Assembly (NCBI RefSeq): GCF_047602085.1
Contig: NZ_JASGID010000007.1
Span: forward strand, 397,388 to 461,387
Length of the DNA: 64,000 nucleotides
Source: Micropruina sp.
Lineage (GTDB): Bacteria; Actinomycetota; Actinomycetes; Propionibacteriales; Propionibacteriaceae
Reading direction: 5' to 3'
Shown here in pieces: positions 17,911 to 26,978 of this stretch. Below the pieces are notes generated by a model, which saw only the letters and a program-made list of their open reading frames with translations, was not told the DNA's origin and made no database searches. Numbering within the stretch: position 1 is the stretch's first letter; the number at the start of each line of letters is the position of its first letter. The position numbers and the translations under genes were made by a program.

Positions 17911-19776
17911 GGGGGTGGGCGTGGTGATCAGCCGATCGCCATCTCGTCCGATGACCACGGCTAAGACGGCGTCACCGTAGGAATCCAGCTTCTTGGCCCC
18001 GACCCCGCTGATCGCGAACAGTTCGTCGGCGTTGGCCGGACGGTGCTGGGCGATCGCGGCGAGGGTGGCGTCGGGGAAGACCACATAGGCGGGGACGGCG
18101 GCGGCTCGGGCGGTCTCGGCACGCCAGGTACGGAGGCGTTCGAAGAGCTCGCGGTCCTCCGCACTCAATTCGGTCGCGGCCGCGGGCCCCTTGGTGGCCG
18201 CCGACGCCGTCCGTTTCCGGGTCGAGCCGGCCCGGACGACCGCGTCCTCGCGCAGCGGCACCGGGCGCTCGCCGCGCAGCACCGGCCACGAAGCGTCGGT
18301 GATCTCGAGCGTGTGGTGCCCGTCGGGGGAGACCGCCAGGACGCCGGCGGCCAGCAGTTGGCGGATGACCGCCCGCCATTGCAGGTCGGTGAGTTCGGTG
18401 CCGATGCCGAAGGTGCTCAACTGGTCGTGCCGCCATTGTTCGACGCGGGTGGTGCGCCGGCCGTGCAAGATGTCGATCAACTGGCCGGCGCCGAAGCGCT
18501 GGTTGCGTTCCCGCTTCAGCCGCACCACGGTCGAGAGCAGCTTCTGCGCGGCCACCGTGCCGTCCCACGGGGTGGGCGGGTTCAGGCAGGTGTCGCAATT
18601 GCCGCAGGGTTCGCTGGGTTCGCCGAAGTAGTCGAGCATCAACTGGCGTCGGCAGCGCAAGGTCTCGCACAGGCCGAGCATCGCCTCGAGGTGCTGTCCG
18701 AGCTGGCGCTTATGGGCGGCGTCCCCTTCGGAGCGGTCGATCATCTGGCGCTGCTGCACGACGTCGGCCAGCCCGTAGGCCATCCAGGCCGTCGCTGGCA
18801 GCCCGTCGCGGCCGGCCCGTCCGGTTTCTTGGTAATAGCCCTCGATGCTGCGCGGCAGGTCGAGGTGCGCGACGAACCGGACGTCCGGCTTGTCGATACC
18901 CATGCCGAAGGCGATGGTCGCCACCATCACGACGCCGTCCTCGCGCAGGAACCGCGACTGGTTCGCAGAGCGCACGCCGGCCGGCAGCCCGGCGTGGTAC
19001 GGCAGAGCGTCGATTCCCTGTTTGACCAGGGACTCCGCGGTGGCTTCGACCGACTTGCGACTGAGGCAGTAGACGATGCCGGAGTCCCCGTCGTGCTCGG
19101 AGCGGATCAGCGTCAGCAACTGCTTCAGCGGTTGCTGTTTGGGTTCGATCCGGTAGGAGATGTTCGGACGATCGAAGCTGGCGACGAAGGTGCGGGCCTG
19201 CTGCAGACCGAGCCGTTCGGCGATCTCGCGTCGGGTGGACGGTGTTGCGGTCGCGGTGAGGGCGATCCGCGGCACGTCGGGCCACCGCTGCCCGAGCACC
19301 GACAGCTTGAGGTATTCGGGGCGGAAGTCGTGCCCCCACTGCGACACGCAGTGCGCCTCGTCGATGGCGAACACCGACAGCGTCAGCCGATCGAGGAACT
19401 CCTGGGTTCGGGCCAGGTCGAGGCGTTCGGGTGCCAGGTAGAGCAGGTCGAGTTCGCCAGCGGTCGCCTGCTGCTCGGTGAGCCGTTGCAGGTCGTAGTT
19501 CTGGCTCGAGTTGAGAAACCCGGCCCGCACGCCGACGTTCTCCAGGGCGGTCACCTGGTCGTGCATCAGTGCGATCAGCGGCGAGATCACCACACCGACA
19601 CCGGGCCGCACCATCGCCGGAATCTGGTAGCACAGCGACTTGCCGCCGCCGGTGGGCATCAGCACGATCGCGTCACCGCCGCCGGCGACATGGTCGATGA
19701 TGGCGCCCTGCTCGCCACGGAAGTCGTCGTACCCGAACGTGGTGCGCAGCACGTCCAGCGGCAACAGGTCAGGCAC
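17905..19776 (-). CDS. recQ: ATP-dependent DNA helicase RecQ
   Basis: [62 protein letters not shown], Zn motif CRRQ...CGNCDTC, HRDC domain. Start GTG 19776 (or ATG 19785). Confidence 0.95.
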   Translation of the reverse strand: MPDLLPLDVLRTTFGYDDFRGEQGAIIDHVAGGGDAIVLMPTGGGKSLCYQIPAMVRPGVGVVISPLIALMHDQVTALENVGVRAGFLNSSQNYDLQRLTEQQATAGELDLLYLAPERLDLARTQEFLDRLTLSVFAIDEAHCVSQWGHDFRPEYLKLSVLGQRWPDVPRIALTATATPSTRREIAERLGLQQARTFVASFDRPNISYRIEPKQQPLKQLLTLIRSEHDGDSGIVYCLSRKSVEATAESLVKQGIDALPYHAGLPAGVRSANQSRFLREDGVVMVATIAFGMGIDKPDVRFVAHLDLPRSIEGYYQETGRAGRDGLPATAWMAYGLADVVQQRQMIDRSEGDAAHKRQLGQHLEAMLGLCETLRCRRQLMLDYFGEPSEPCGNCDTCLNPPTPWDGTVAAQKLLSTVVRLKRERNQRFGAGQLIDILHGRRTTRVEQWRHDQLSTFGIGTELTDLQWRAVIRQLLAAGVLAVSPDGHHTLEITDASWPVLRGERPVPLREDAVVRAGSTRKRTASAATKGPAAATELSAEDRELFERLRTWRAETARAAAVPAYVVFPDATLAAIAQHRPANADELFAISGVGAKKLDSYGDAVLAVVIGRDGDRLITTPTPG

Positions 19777-19783
19777 GTGACTC

Positions 19784-19805
19784 ATGGTAGGGGCCAGCGC
19801 CGACA
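19784..19805 (-). promoter_or_regulatory. PafBC-type promoter of recQ, perfect match
   Basis: TGTCGG (19805-19800)-N10-TACCAT (19789-19784); in-frame GTG 7 nt downstream. Confidence 0.7.
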
Positions 19806-20016
19806 GCCTGGCTCGGGTCGTCAGGTCGTGCGCGCCGAGCGACAACAGTTCGTCACCGACCTCCTGGCGCAACTCACACCGGATCTGCTCGCCCAGGCAC
19901 GCTCCGACCCCTCGGCGGTGACTGGCGGCCCACGGTCGGTGACTGCATCGGGTCATCCTTGAGGAGGAGTGGGCGCACCTGCGCCACACCGGGTGCGATC
20001 TCGCCCTGCTGGGGTC
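19805..20016 (+). pseudogene. Degraded 3' fragment of a DinB-family gene
   Basis: Fragments in three frames: [29 protein letters not shown] / TVGDCI / [22 protein letters not shown]; resembles, from memory, the C-terminus of actinobacterial DinB_2 proteins. Confidence 0.55.
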
Positions 20017-20060
20017 AACTGTGTCGGCGTCGGGAGGTACCGATCAGCGCACCCACCGCT

Positions 20061-20079
20061 GGTTGAGCCCGTCGAAACC
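20061..20079. repeat. REP singlet
   Basis: GGTTGAGCCCGTCGAAACC. Confidence 0.8.
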
Positions 20080-20141
20080 CTGTTGGCCGCGCAGGCCTAA
20101 GGCCCCGAGAACTGGGGCTGGACGGGTCCGGGCTGGGCGAG

Positions 20142-20411
20142 TCACTCGGGCTGGGCGGGCCGTTCCACCACGATGGTCACCTTGGTGACCACCGCGGCGA
20201 GCGCACCCACGCCGAGCAGCACCGGGGCGACCAGCGCGGTGACCGCCCCAACGGTGAGGCCTGCGTTGAGCGGAACCTCGATGAGCGTCTTGCCGCCCCG
20301 TCGCAGGGTGATTCGGCGCACATTCCCCTCACGGATCAGCTCCACGATCTTGCCGATCACATTGCTGAGCGTGACCTGGAACTCCTCGGTGGTGTGCTTC
20401 TCGTCCGTCAT
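20142..20411 (-). CDS. DUF4342-like small protein
   Basis: EEFQV...VIGKIVELIREGNVRRITLRRGGKTLIEVPL.AG...LVAPVL...AAVVT..TIVVER; SD GGAG before ATG 20411. Confidence 0.8.
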   Translation of the reverse strand: MTDEKHTTEEFQVTLSNVIGKIVELIREGNVRRITLRRGGKTLIEVPLNAGLTVGAVTALVAPVLLGVGALAAVVTKVTIVVERPAQPE

Positions 20412-20596
20412 GTCACTCGTCTCCAGAACCGTGGCTGAGGCTTCCATTCTCGCCCATGGACGACCGATTGCCAGCTAGATCGCGACCGCTTCGCCCGCAT
20501 TACCGCCGGCCTGGGCCAGGGTCGGAGGGTCTCAGCGGGGGTCGCGCCGGTTGGGCATGGTGCGTGCGTCGGACGGTAGCGTCGTAGGTTGAAGAC

Positions 20597-21466
20597 ATGC
20601 AGAACTGGGGCGAGGCGGGGTTGCTGGATCACTGCGAGAGCCTGCGCAGCGACGCGACGTGGGTCGCCGCGCAGTGGGCGTCGCCGCAAGCACTGCTGCT
20701 GGCCGTGGACGAGTTGGGGCGGGTCAGCGCCGGCGAGGGCTTGACGGTGCCGGAGCAGTCGCCGCACGGAGCCTACGACGCGCAGCGTCACTTTCTGCTG
20801 GGCCTAGCCGCGGGTCGTCCGGTGTTCGTGCAGGCTGGCGAGACCGACGCCATGGCGAGCCTGCGCGAGCTGATGCCGGTGCTCGACGACGCCGATCGCG
20901 AGCTCGTCGTGAAGGCCGTGGCGCTGGTGAACTGGCACCGCACGTCACCGCACTGCTCGGTCTGCGGCTCGCTCACCGTGGTGACCAGCGGCGGCCTGGT
21001 GCGGTATTGCGGCGGATGCCGCCGGGAGCGGTTTCCGCGCAGCGATCCGGCGATCATCGTCGCCGTTGTCGACGCAGACGACCGGCTGTTGCTCGGGCAC
21101 CAGGTGGCCTGGCCGACCGGACGCATGTCGATTCTGGCCGGTTTCGTGTCGGCGGGTGAGTCGCTCGAGATGGCCGTGCACCGCGAAGTGGGCGAAGAGA
21201 GCGGGCTGCGGCTGTCATCGGTGCGCTACGTAGGCAGCCAGCCCTGGCCCTTGCCCCGGTCGTTGATGCTGGGCTTCGTCGCGCGGGCAGCCGGCACACG
21301 GATCGAGGTGGACGGGGTCGAGATCGAGCACGCGCGGTGGTTCACCCGCGAGGAGCTGACGGCGGCCGAAGATGCCGGCGAGGTCAGCCTGCCGGGGTCG
21401 GCTTCGATCGCGAGCCGGCTGGTGGCCGAGTGGCGCTCAGGGGAGTTGCCGGCACCGGAGGGTTAG
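20597..21466 (+). CDS. nudC: NAD(+) diphosphatase / NADH pyrophosphatase
   Basis: Zn ribbon HCSVCG...YCGGC, FPRSDPAII, Nudix box AGFVSAGESLEMAVHREVGEESG, SQPWP signature. Confidence 0.95.
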   Translation: MQNWGEAGLLDHCESLRSDATWVAAQWASPQALLLAVDELGRVSAGEGLTVPEQSPHGAYDAQRHFLLGLAAGRPVFVQAGETDAMASLRELMPVLDDADRELVVKAVALVNWHRTSPHCSVCGSLTVVTSGGLVRYCGGCRRERFPRSDPAIIVAVVDADDRLLLGHQVAWPTGRMSILAGFVSAGESLEMAVHREVGEESGLRLSSVRYVGSQPWPLPRSLMLGFVARAAGTRIEVDGVEIEHARWFTREELTAAEDAGEVSLPGSASIASRLVAEWRSGELPAPEG

Positions 21467-21486
21467 GAAGCCGCCGATTCTTCGTC

Positions 21487-21548
21487 GGTCGAGCGTGTCG
21501 AAACCTCTGCTGTGCGGCTCTGGCCAGTGGGTTTCGACGAGTTCAACC
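21487..21548. repeat. REP inverted doublet
   Basis: GGTCGAGCGTGTCGAAACC (21487-21505) / GGTTTCGACGAGTTCAACC (21530-21548). Confidence 0.85.
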
Positions 21549-21640
21549 AACGAGAATCAGCATTCCCTTGGCTTGAGACCCACGCAGCCCAGTGATGGTG
21601 ATTGCAGGTGATTGACGACGCAGGCCATAGGCTCAGCCAC

Positions 21641-21886
21641 ATGGCCGTCACCAGGGATCAGATGATCGCGATTCTTGCCGAGGCCGATCCCGTCGGGCTG
21701 ATCGCCGGCGGCGCGCCCCCGGACGAGTACGCGAGTGAGGCGGACGCGATCTTGGCCCTGCGCGGTGTGCCGCAATTGACTGAGATCACCGGGGTGTTCG
21801 CCGTCAGCTTCAGTGACCCGGGCGCGTGCACCCGCGAGACGGCGCGCTGGATTGTGGAGCAGATGGCTCGCCGGGGAGATCGCTGA
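21641..21886 (+). CDS. Small hypothetical protein (DUF1871-like DPxGL...DEYxxE motif)
   Basis: MAVTRDQMIAILAEADPVGLIAGGAPPDEYASEADAIL...; TAGGCT -10 lies 7 nt before the ATG. Confidence 0.6.
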   Translation: MAVTRDQMIAILAEADPVGLIAGGAPPDEYASEADAILALRGVPQLTEITGVFAVSFSDPGACTRETARWIVEQMARRGDR

Positions 21887-21976
21887 ACCGTCGAGACGGC
21901 GCGTGCAGCGGGCGATCTTCGGTTGCCGAGATCGTCGCGCGGGCGGCCAGGCTCCATCGACGAGCAGCCGGCCCTG

Positions 21977-23737
21977 TCACAACCGCTCCCGCAGCCCCGA
22001 CGCCCGGCGTGCCGTCCGCTCCACGGCGGCTGCGAGTGAGTCCGGCGTCCCGATCAGGTGGACGGCGTCGCGGGCTCGGGTGACTGCGGTGTACAGCAAC
22101 TCACGAGTGAGCAGCGGAGAGCTGACCGGCGGCACCACCAGCGTCACCTCGGCGAACTGGCTGCCCTGCGACTTGTGCACGGTGAGGGCGTCCACCGACT
22201 GGGTGGGGCCGAGCAGGTCGGGGCTGAGCGCCTTGTCCACTCGTCCGGCGAAGTGCACGACCGGGCGTCCGGAGTCGAGCAGCACCACGCCGGTGTCGCC
22301 GTTCCACAGCCCCCAGTCGGACTGGTTGGACGTCACCAGCAGCGCCCGTCCGGCATACCATTCGCCCTCGGCGCCGAACCCGGCCACGGACGCCCGCAGC
22401 CAGTACTCGACCTGACGTGCCCAGGTGGTGGCGCCGAACGGGCCGTGCCGGTGGGCGCAGAGCAACCGGTGCCGCTCGAGCAGGTCGAGCGCGGACGCCG
22501 CGTCCCCGGCCACTGCCGCGGAATGGATGGCCCGGCCGGTGTGCACCACGCGGGCGCGCAGGGCGTCTTGGGGCTGGGCGGGATCGGTGAGGGTCAGGTG
22601 CGGATCGCCTGCGGCCACCAGGTCGAGGACGGCGTCGGCATCGCCGTCGCGGACCGCGGTCGCCAGTTGCCCCAGGACGCCCGCGAAGCGGTAGTTGCGG
22701 TTCAATCGGACCACAGGGCTGGCCCCGCCGGTGCCCTGCCAGCCGGCCCGGGTCAGGTCGGCGAGCACGGCTCCTGCGGAGACCGAGCTGAGCTGGTCGG
22801 GGTCGCCGACGAGCACCAGCCGGGTGGCCGGCCCGAGCGCGTCGACCAACTGCGCCATCTGGGTGAGCGACACCATGGACAGCTCGTCGACGATCACCGC
22901 GTCGTGCGGGAGTGGATTGGCGGCGTTGAACCGGGGCGTGGCGCGCCGCCGCGGCGTCCAACCGATCAGGCGATGTACCGTCGAGGCGCTGAGCGTGGTG
23001 ATCCAGGCCGCCACATCGGCGGGCAGGTGCTCGGCCGCCTCGCGCAGCGCCTCGTCCATCCGGGCGGCCGCCTTGCCGGTGGGTGCGGCGAGCGCGATCC
23101 GGCGCACCCCCTGACGGAACAGCAGGGCGAGCATCCGGGCGATGGTCGTGGTCTTGCCGGTGCCGGGTCCGCCGGCCAGCACCGTGACGCCGGAGCCGGC
23201 CAGGTGCGCGGCGGCGCGGCGCTGGTCGGGGTCGGCCTGGGCGCCGAACAACTCGTCAAGGACGACATCGAGCGACTGGTTGCCGGGGCCGGGGCTGGTC
23301 GGGGTGGCCAGGGTGCGTTCGATCAGGGCGATGCGGACCCGTTCTTCCTGCTCCCAGTACCGAGTCAGGTAAAGCCGCTCGCCCACCAGCCGGGCCGGGC
23401 GCCGCAGGTCACCGTCCGGATCGCGCGCGACCAGCGGGCTGGCCTGCAGCGCCGCGCGCCAATCGGCCTGGGCGGGCCAGAGCTCGTCGGGAACCTCAAC
23501 CAGTTCGTCGTCGCGTCCGGTGACGGTGCTGCGCACCCGGTCGAGTTCGAGGCAGACCGAACCCGCCCGCAACGCCCGGACGGCGAGCGCGAGGGCAAGT
23601 TGAACCCGTTGATCGGACTCGCCGTACAGCAGCGACCAGTGCCGCACGGGGTGCAGATCGGCCCAGTCCAAGACGCCGAGGGCGTGGAATTTGCCGACCA
23701 GTCCGTCGGCGACCACCGACAGTTCCGGATCACGCAT
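21977..23737 (-). CDS. recD: Exodeoxyribonuclease V alpha subunit
   Basis: GGPGTGKTTT, LAAPTGKAAAR, STVHRLIG, VIVDELSMV, LVGDPDQL, ALTVHKSQGSQF, RELLYTAVTRAR. Confidence 0.95.
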   Translation of the reverse strand: MRDPELSVVADGLVGKFHALGVLDWADLHPVRHWSLLYGESDQRVQLALALAVRALRAGSVCLELDRVRSTVTGRDDELVEVPDELWPAQADWRAALQASPLVARDPDGDLRRPARLVGERLYLTRYWEQEERVRIALIERTLATPTSPGPGNQSLDVVLDELFGAQADPDQRRAAAHLAGSGVTVLAGGPGTGKTTTIARMLALLFRQGVRRIALAAPTGKAAARMDEALREAAEHLPADVAAWITTLSASTVHRLIGWTPRRRATPRFNAANPLPHDAVIVDELSMVSLTQMAQLVDALGPATRLVLVGDPDQLSSVSAGAVLADLTRAGWQGTGGASPVVRLNRNYRFAGVLGQLATAVRDGDADAVLDLVAAGDPHLTLTDPAQPQDALRARVVHTGRAIHSAAVAGDAASALDLLERHRLLCAHRHGPFGATTWARQVEYWLRASVAGFGAEGEWYAGRALLVTSNQSDWGLWNGDTGVVLLDSGRPVVHFAGRVDKALSPDLLGPTQSVDALTVHKSQGSQFAEVTLVVPPVSSPLLTRELLYTAVTRARDAVHLIGTPDSLAAAVERTARRASGLRERL

Positions 23738-26700
23738 CGGCCGCACCTCCGCCCAGCAGCCGGGACAGTCCGGTGACCAGGGCGGCGGGGGGGTGCCACG
23801 CGAACACCCCGGTATCGGGTCCGGCCTCGGCCCCGCCCATGCCCCGGACGAACAAGTACAGCACCCCGCCGAGGTGCCGCTCCGGGTCGTAGCCGGCCAG
23901 CCGTCCGGCCAGGAAGCGGTGCAGGGCGACGCAGTACAGCAACGCCTGCAACGGGTAGTGGCTGGCGCACATCGCGGCCGCCATCGGGCCCTGCGCGTAG
24001 TGGCCGAGGGTCAGGTCGTCGCCGCCGAGCCGGTTGGTCTTGTAGTCGACCACCAGGAACCGGGGGTGCTCGGTGCTCCCGACCCGCAGCACCGCGTCGA
24101 TGCTGCCGGTCAGGAAACCCCGTAACCGCTGGCCCGACAACGCCGGATCGGCCAGCAGCGCGGGGTAGCCGACCAGCGGATCCGCGGGCGGCAGGTGCCG
24201 GCGGATCAGCCCTGCGACATCGCCCAGGGTGAGTGTTCGCGCGGGTTCCATCGGCAGGTCGAAGGCGAGTTCGGCGAGCCGGTCGGCCAGCGGCAACTCA
24301 GCCAGGCTGCGTCCCTCGGCCAACGAGCCGAGCGGGGTCGCGAATGCGGGCAGCAACGACTCAGCTAGTTGGTCGGCCTCGACCCCGGGCAGCGGAAACC
24401 GGGGCAGCCACTCGGTGGCGGCGCGGGCCAGGTTGGCGCGCAACGTGCCGACATCCATCCCGGGGTCGACGTGCTCGAACAGGGCGTGCACCAAGGTGCC
24501 GAATTGGGTGCCGCCGGGCAGATCGCGCATCGGGGACGGCGCGGCGGACGACCCGGACGGAGTCGCGCCTTGGGGTTCCTCCGGCTCGTCGAGCAACAGC
24601 GGGGCGTCGTGGTGAACGCCGACGGTCAGGCCCGAGTACGACGTTCGGCGCCAGTCGGTATCGATCGGGCGATCGAAGCTCCGGGCGCGCAGTTCGGTGC
24701 GCTCGGGCCCCACCACAGGCTCGGACGGGCGGGTGTGCGGCTCGATCGGGCGCACCACGATGCCGGGCGCGTTCCGCACCCATGCCAGTTCGGCGGGCGA
24801 GAGCGTGCCGGGCGGAGTGTCCAGTGCATAGCGGGCGGCGGGCACGGACGGCTCCACGGTCCGAGCCCGGTACAGCACCCGCTGCAGCGCCGAGTCGGCG
24901 GTCTGCTCGGTGCGCGCCCACCAGGCCCGCACCTGGCAGCGGGCCCGGGTGAAGGCCACGTACAGCAGCCGCAACTCCTCCTCGTCGGCTTCGAGTTGCG
25001 CCTGGCGGTAACGCTCGACGCGACCGGCTGCGTCCGCGCCGCCCAGGTCGACCAATGCCCGCCCGTCGTCATCGTGGAACAGCAACGCGCCGCCGTTGTC
25101 GCCACTGGAACCGAACGGCTTCCACAGATCGGGCAGCAGCACGATCGGGTACTGCAAACCCTTGGCGCGATGCACCGTCTTCACCTGGACGGCACGCGAG
25201 TCGGTCTCTAGCCGGCGGGTCCGTTCGCTTTCGGCCGCCGGCCGTTTCAATTGTTCGGCGAGCCATTGCGCCAGCCAGGTCGCGTTGGGCCGTTGACGCC
25301 CAGACGCCGCATGCAGCAGCTCGGCGACGTGCCGGAAGTCGGTCATCAACCGCTCGCCGTCGGGCCGGGCCAGCACCCGGTCGATGAACCCGGTCTCGGC
25401 GCCGATGGCGGCGAACAGAGCCGCCACCCCCGCACTGTGCAGGATGCGATCCCACTGCCGCAGGATTGCCGTCCAGCCGGCCACCTGCTGTTCGTCCGCG
25501 CTGGCCAGGTCGGCCAGCGATGCCTCGAAGAAGGCGGTCCGAACAGCCTTGCGCAGATCGCCGCGCCACCCGCTGGCCAAGGCCCGCAGCAATAACAACC
25601 AGTCCGTGGCTGCGGGCGTGGAGAAGATGCTTTCGGCGCCGCTCAGCGCGACCGGGATGCCTCGCGCACGCAGCGCGTCGGCCACCCGTTGGGCGGTCGG
25701 ATTGGTGCGCACCAAGACCGCGATGTCACCCGGATCAACGGGGCGCCATGCCTTGTCGCCGGCCAGTTTCTCACCCGGATCAGCGTCATCGAAAAGGTGA
25801 TGATCCTGCAGCAATGCAGACACGTGGACGGCGACGTCGGCGACGATCTGGTCACGGGCCTGAGTCCACTTCTGTGGCTGGTCGATGGTGGTCAACAGCA
25901 CCGGTGCGACGTCGCTGTCGCCGTGCCGCAACCCGCAGGCGGGCCGGTCGGCGCGCACCGGGCGAACGTCGATGCCGTCGCCGAGCCGCAGCCCGTCGAA
26001 CAGCGTGCCCAGCGCGTCGACCAGGGCCGCGTCGCTGCGGTAGTTACGGCTCAGCCCGAAGCGCTCAGTGGCCCCGCGGGCAGCCCGCAGATAGGCCTGC
26101 ACGTCGGCCCCGCGGAAAGTGTAGATCGCTTGTTTCGGGTCACCGATCAGCACCATCGGACGGTGCCCGTCGAACAGCCGCCGCAGGATGTCCCACTGCA
26201 CCGGGTCGGTGTCTTGGAATTCGTCCACAAGGACGTAGTCGACCGTTGCGCGCAGTCGTTGGCATGACTGTGCGCCGGTGACCGGGTCAGCGAGCGCAGT
26301 GCTCAGCCGGAGCAACTGGTCGTCGAAGGTGAGCACACCCAGCCGATGCCGGCGCTCGCTCGACACCCGCCGCACCTGCTCAGCGAACCGAATCCGCTCC
26401 GCGGCCGAATTGGGCGCGCTGGTCGGGACGATGGTCCGTAGCGCGTTCTCGACGGCGTCCCGGGCGAGCCGGTCGGCGCCGTTCTGTTCGCGCCATTGAT
26501 CGCGATCGGTCAGCGGCATGGGCGGACGCCGCTCGGCGAAGGCATAGCGCCGCAGGTACTCGTCGACGGCGACCTCACGCACCAGCGGACGCAGGTCGGG
26601 CAGCGGGGTGCCGGACGGATCACCGGTTGCCAACACTCCGAGCCGGGCATACAACGCCTGGCAGAACTCGTGAATGGTCATCACGGCCGCCGCGTCGAAG

Positions 26701-26978
26701 CCGGCGATGGCCCGGCCGAGGTTCGCCCGGACGTCCGGATCGTCGCTGTCGCGGGCAGCGCGAAGCAGATGCTCGCGGACCCGGGAACGAAGCTCGCGGG
26801 TGGCGTCGCGGCCGAAGGTGACCAGCAGCAGCCGCTCGATCGTGGTGCCACCCGAACCCAGTAGCTGCACGGCCAGATCGGCGATGGCATGCGTTTTGCC
26901 GGTGCCGGCGGACGCCTCGAGCACGGTGGTTGCGCTGCCCAGCGGACGGTTCGGGTCGAAGTCGTCGAAGCGCTCCAT
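23730..26978 (-). CDS. recB: Exodeoxyribonuclease V beta subunit
   Basis: EASAGTGKT, VLVDEFQDTD, IGDPKQAIYTFRGAD, TVHRAKGLQY, RLLYVAFTRA; nuclease GFLTGSIDAV...VVDYKTN, HYPLQALLY. Confidence 0.95.
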   Translation of the reverse strand: MERFDDFDPNRPLGSATTVLEASAGTGKTHAIADLAVQLLGSGGTTIERLLLVTFGRDATRELRSRVREHLLRAARDSDDPDVRANLGRAIAGFDAAAVMTIHEFCQALYARLGVLATGDPSGTPLPDLRPLVREVAVDEYLRRYAFAERRPPMPLTDRDQWREQNGADRLARDAVENALRTIVPTSAPNSAAERIRFAEQVRRVSSERRHRLGVLTFDDQLLRLSTALADPVTGAQSCQRLRATVDYVLVDEFQDTDPVQWDILRRLFDGHRPMVLIGDPKQAIYTFRGADVQAYLRAARGATERFGLSRNYRSDAALVDALGTLFDGLRLGDGIDVRPVRADRPACGLRHGDSDVAPVLLTTIDQPQKWTQARDQIVADVAVHVSALLQDHHLFDDADPGEKLAGDKAWRPVDPGDIAVLVRTNPTAQRVADALRARGIPVALSGAESIFSTPAATDWLLLLRALASGWRGDLRKAVRTAFFEASLADLASADEQQVAGWTAILRQWDRILHSAGVAALFAAIGAETGFIDRVLARPDGERLMTDFRHVAELLHAASGRQRPNATWLAQWLAEQLKRPAAESERTRRLETDSRAVQVKTVHRAKGLQYPIVLLPDLWKPFGSSGDNGGALLFHDDDGRALVDLGGADAAGRVERYRQAQLEADEEELRLLYVAFTRARCQVRAWWARTEQTADSALQRVLYRARTVEPSVPAARYALDTPPGTLSPAELAWVRNAPGIVVRPIEPHTRPSEPVVGPERTELRARSFDRPIDTDWRRTSYSGLTVGVHHDAPLLLDEPEEPQGATPSGSSAAPSPMRDLPGGTQFGTLVHALFEHVDPGMDVGTLRANLARAATEWLPRFPLPGVEADQLAESLLPAFATPLGSLAEGRSLAELPLADRLAELAFDLPMEPARTLTLGDVAGLIRRHLPPADPLVGYPALLADPALSGQRLRGFLTGSIDAVLRVGSTEHPRFLVVDYKTNRLGGDDLTLGHYAQGPMAAAMCASHYPLQALLYCVALHRFLAGRLAGYDPERHLGGVLYLFVRGMGGAEAGPDTGVFAWHPPAALVTGLSRLLGGGAADA

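Noticed and set aside
18043-19962. Long antisense or alternative-frame ORFs (also 4249-5841, 15250-17694, 22058-23776 and others)
   Set aside because: Shadow frames of high-GC genes with no recognisable motifs. Only the last ~45 codons of 18043-19962 appear meaningful (DinB-like remnant).
20567-20590. PafBC motif upstream of nudC (and TGTCAG at 44879-44874 upstream of the M16 gene)
   Set aside because: nudC: CGTCGG with N12 spacing. M16: no TA at the required position.
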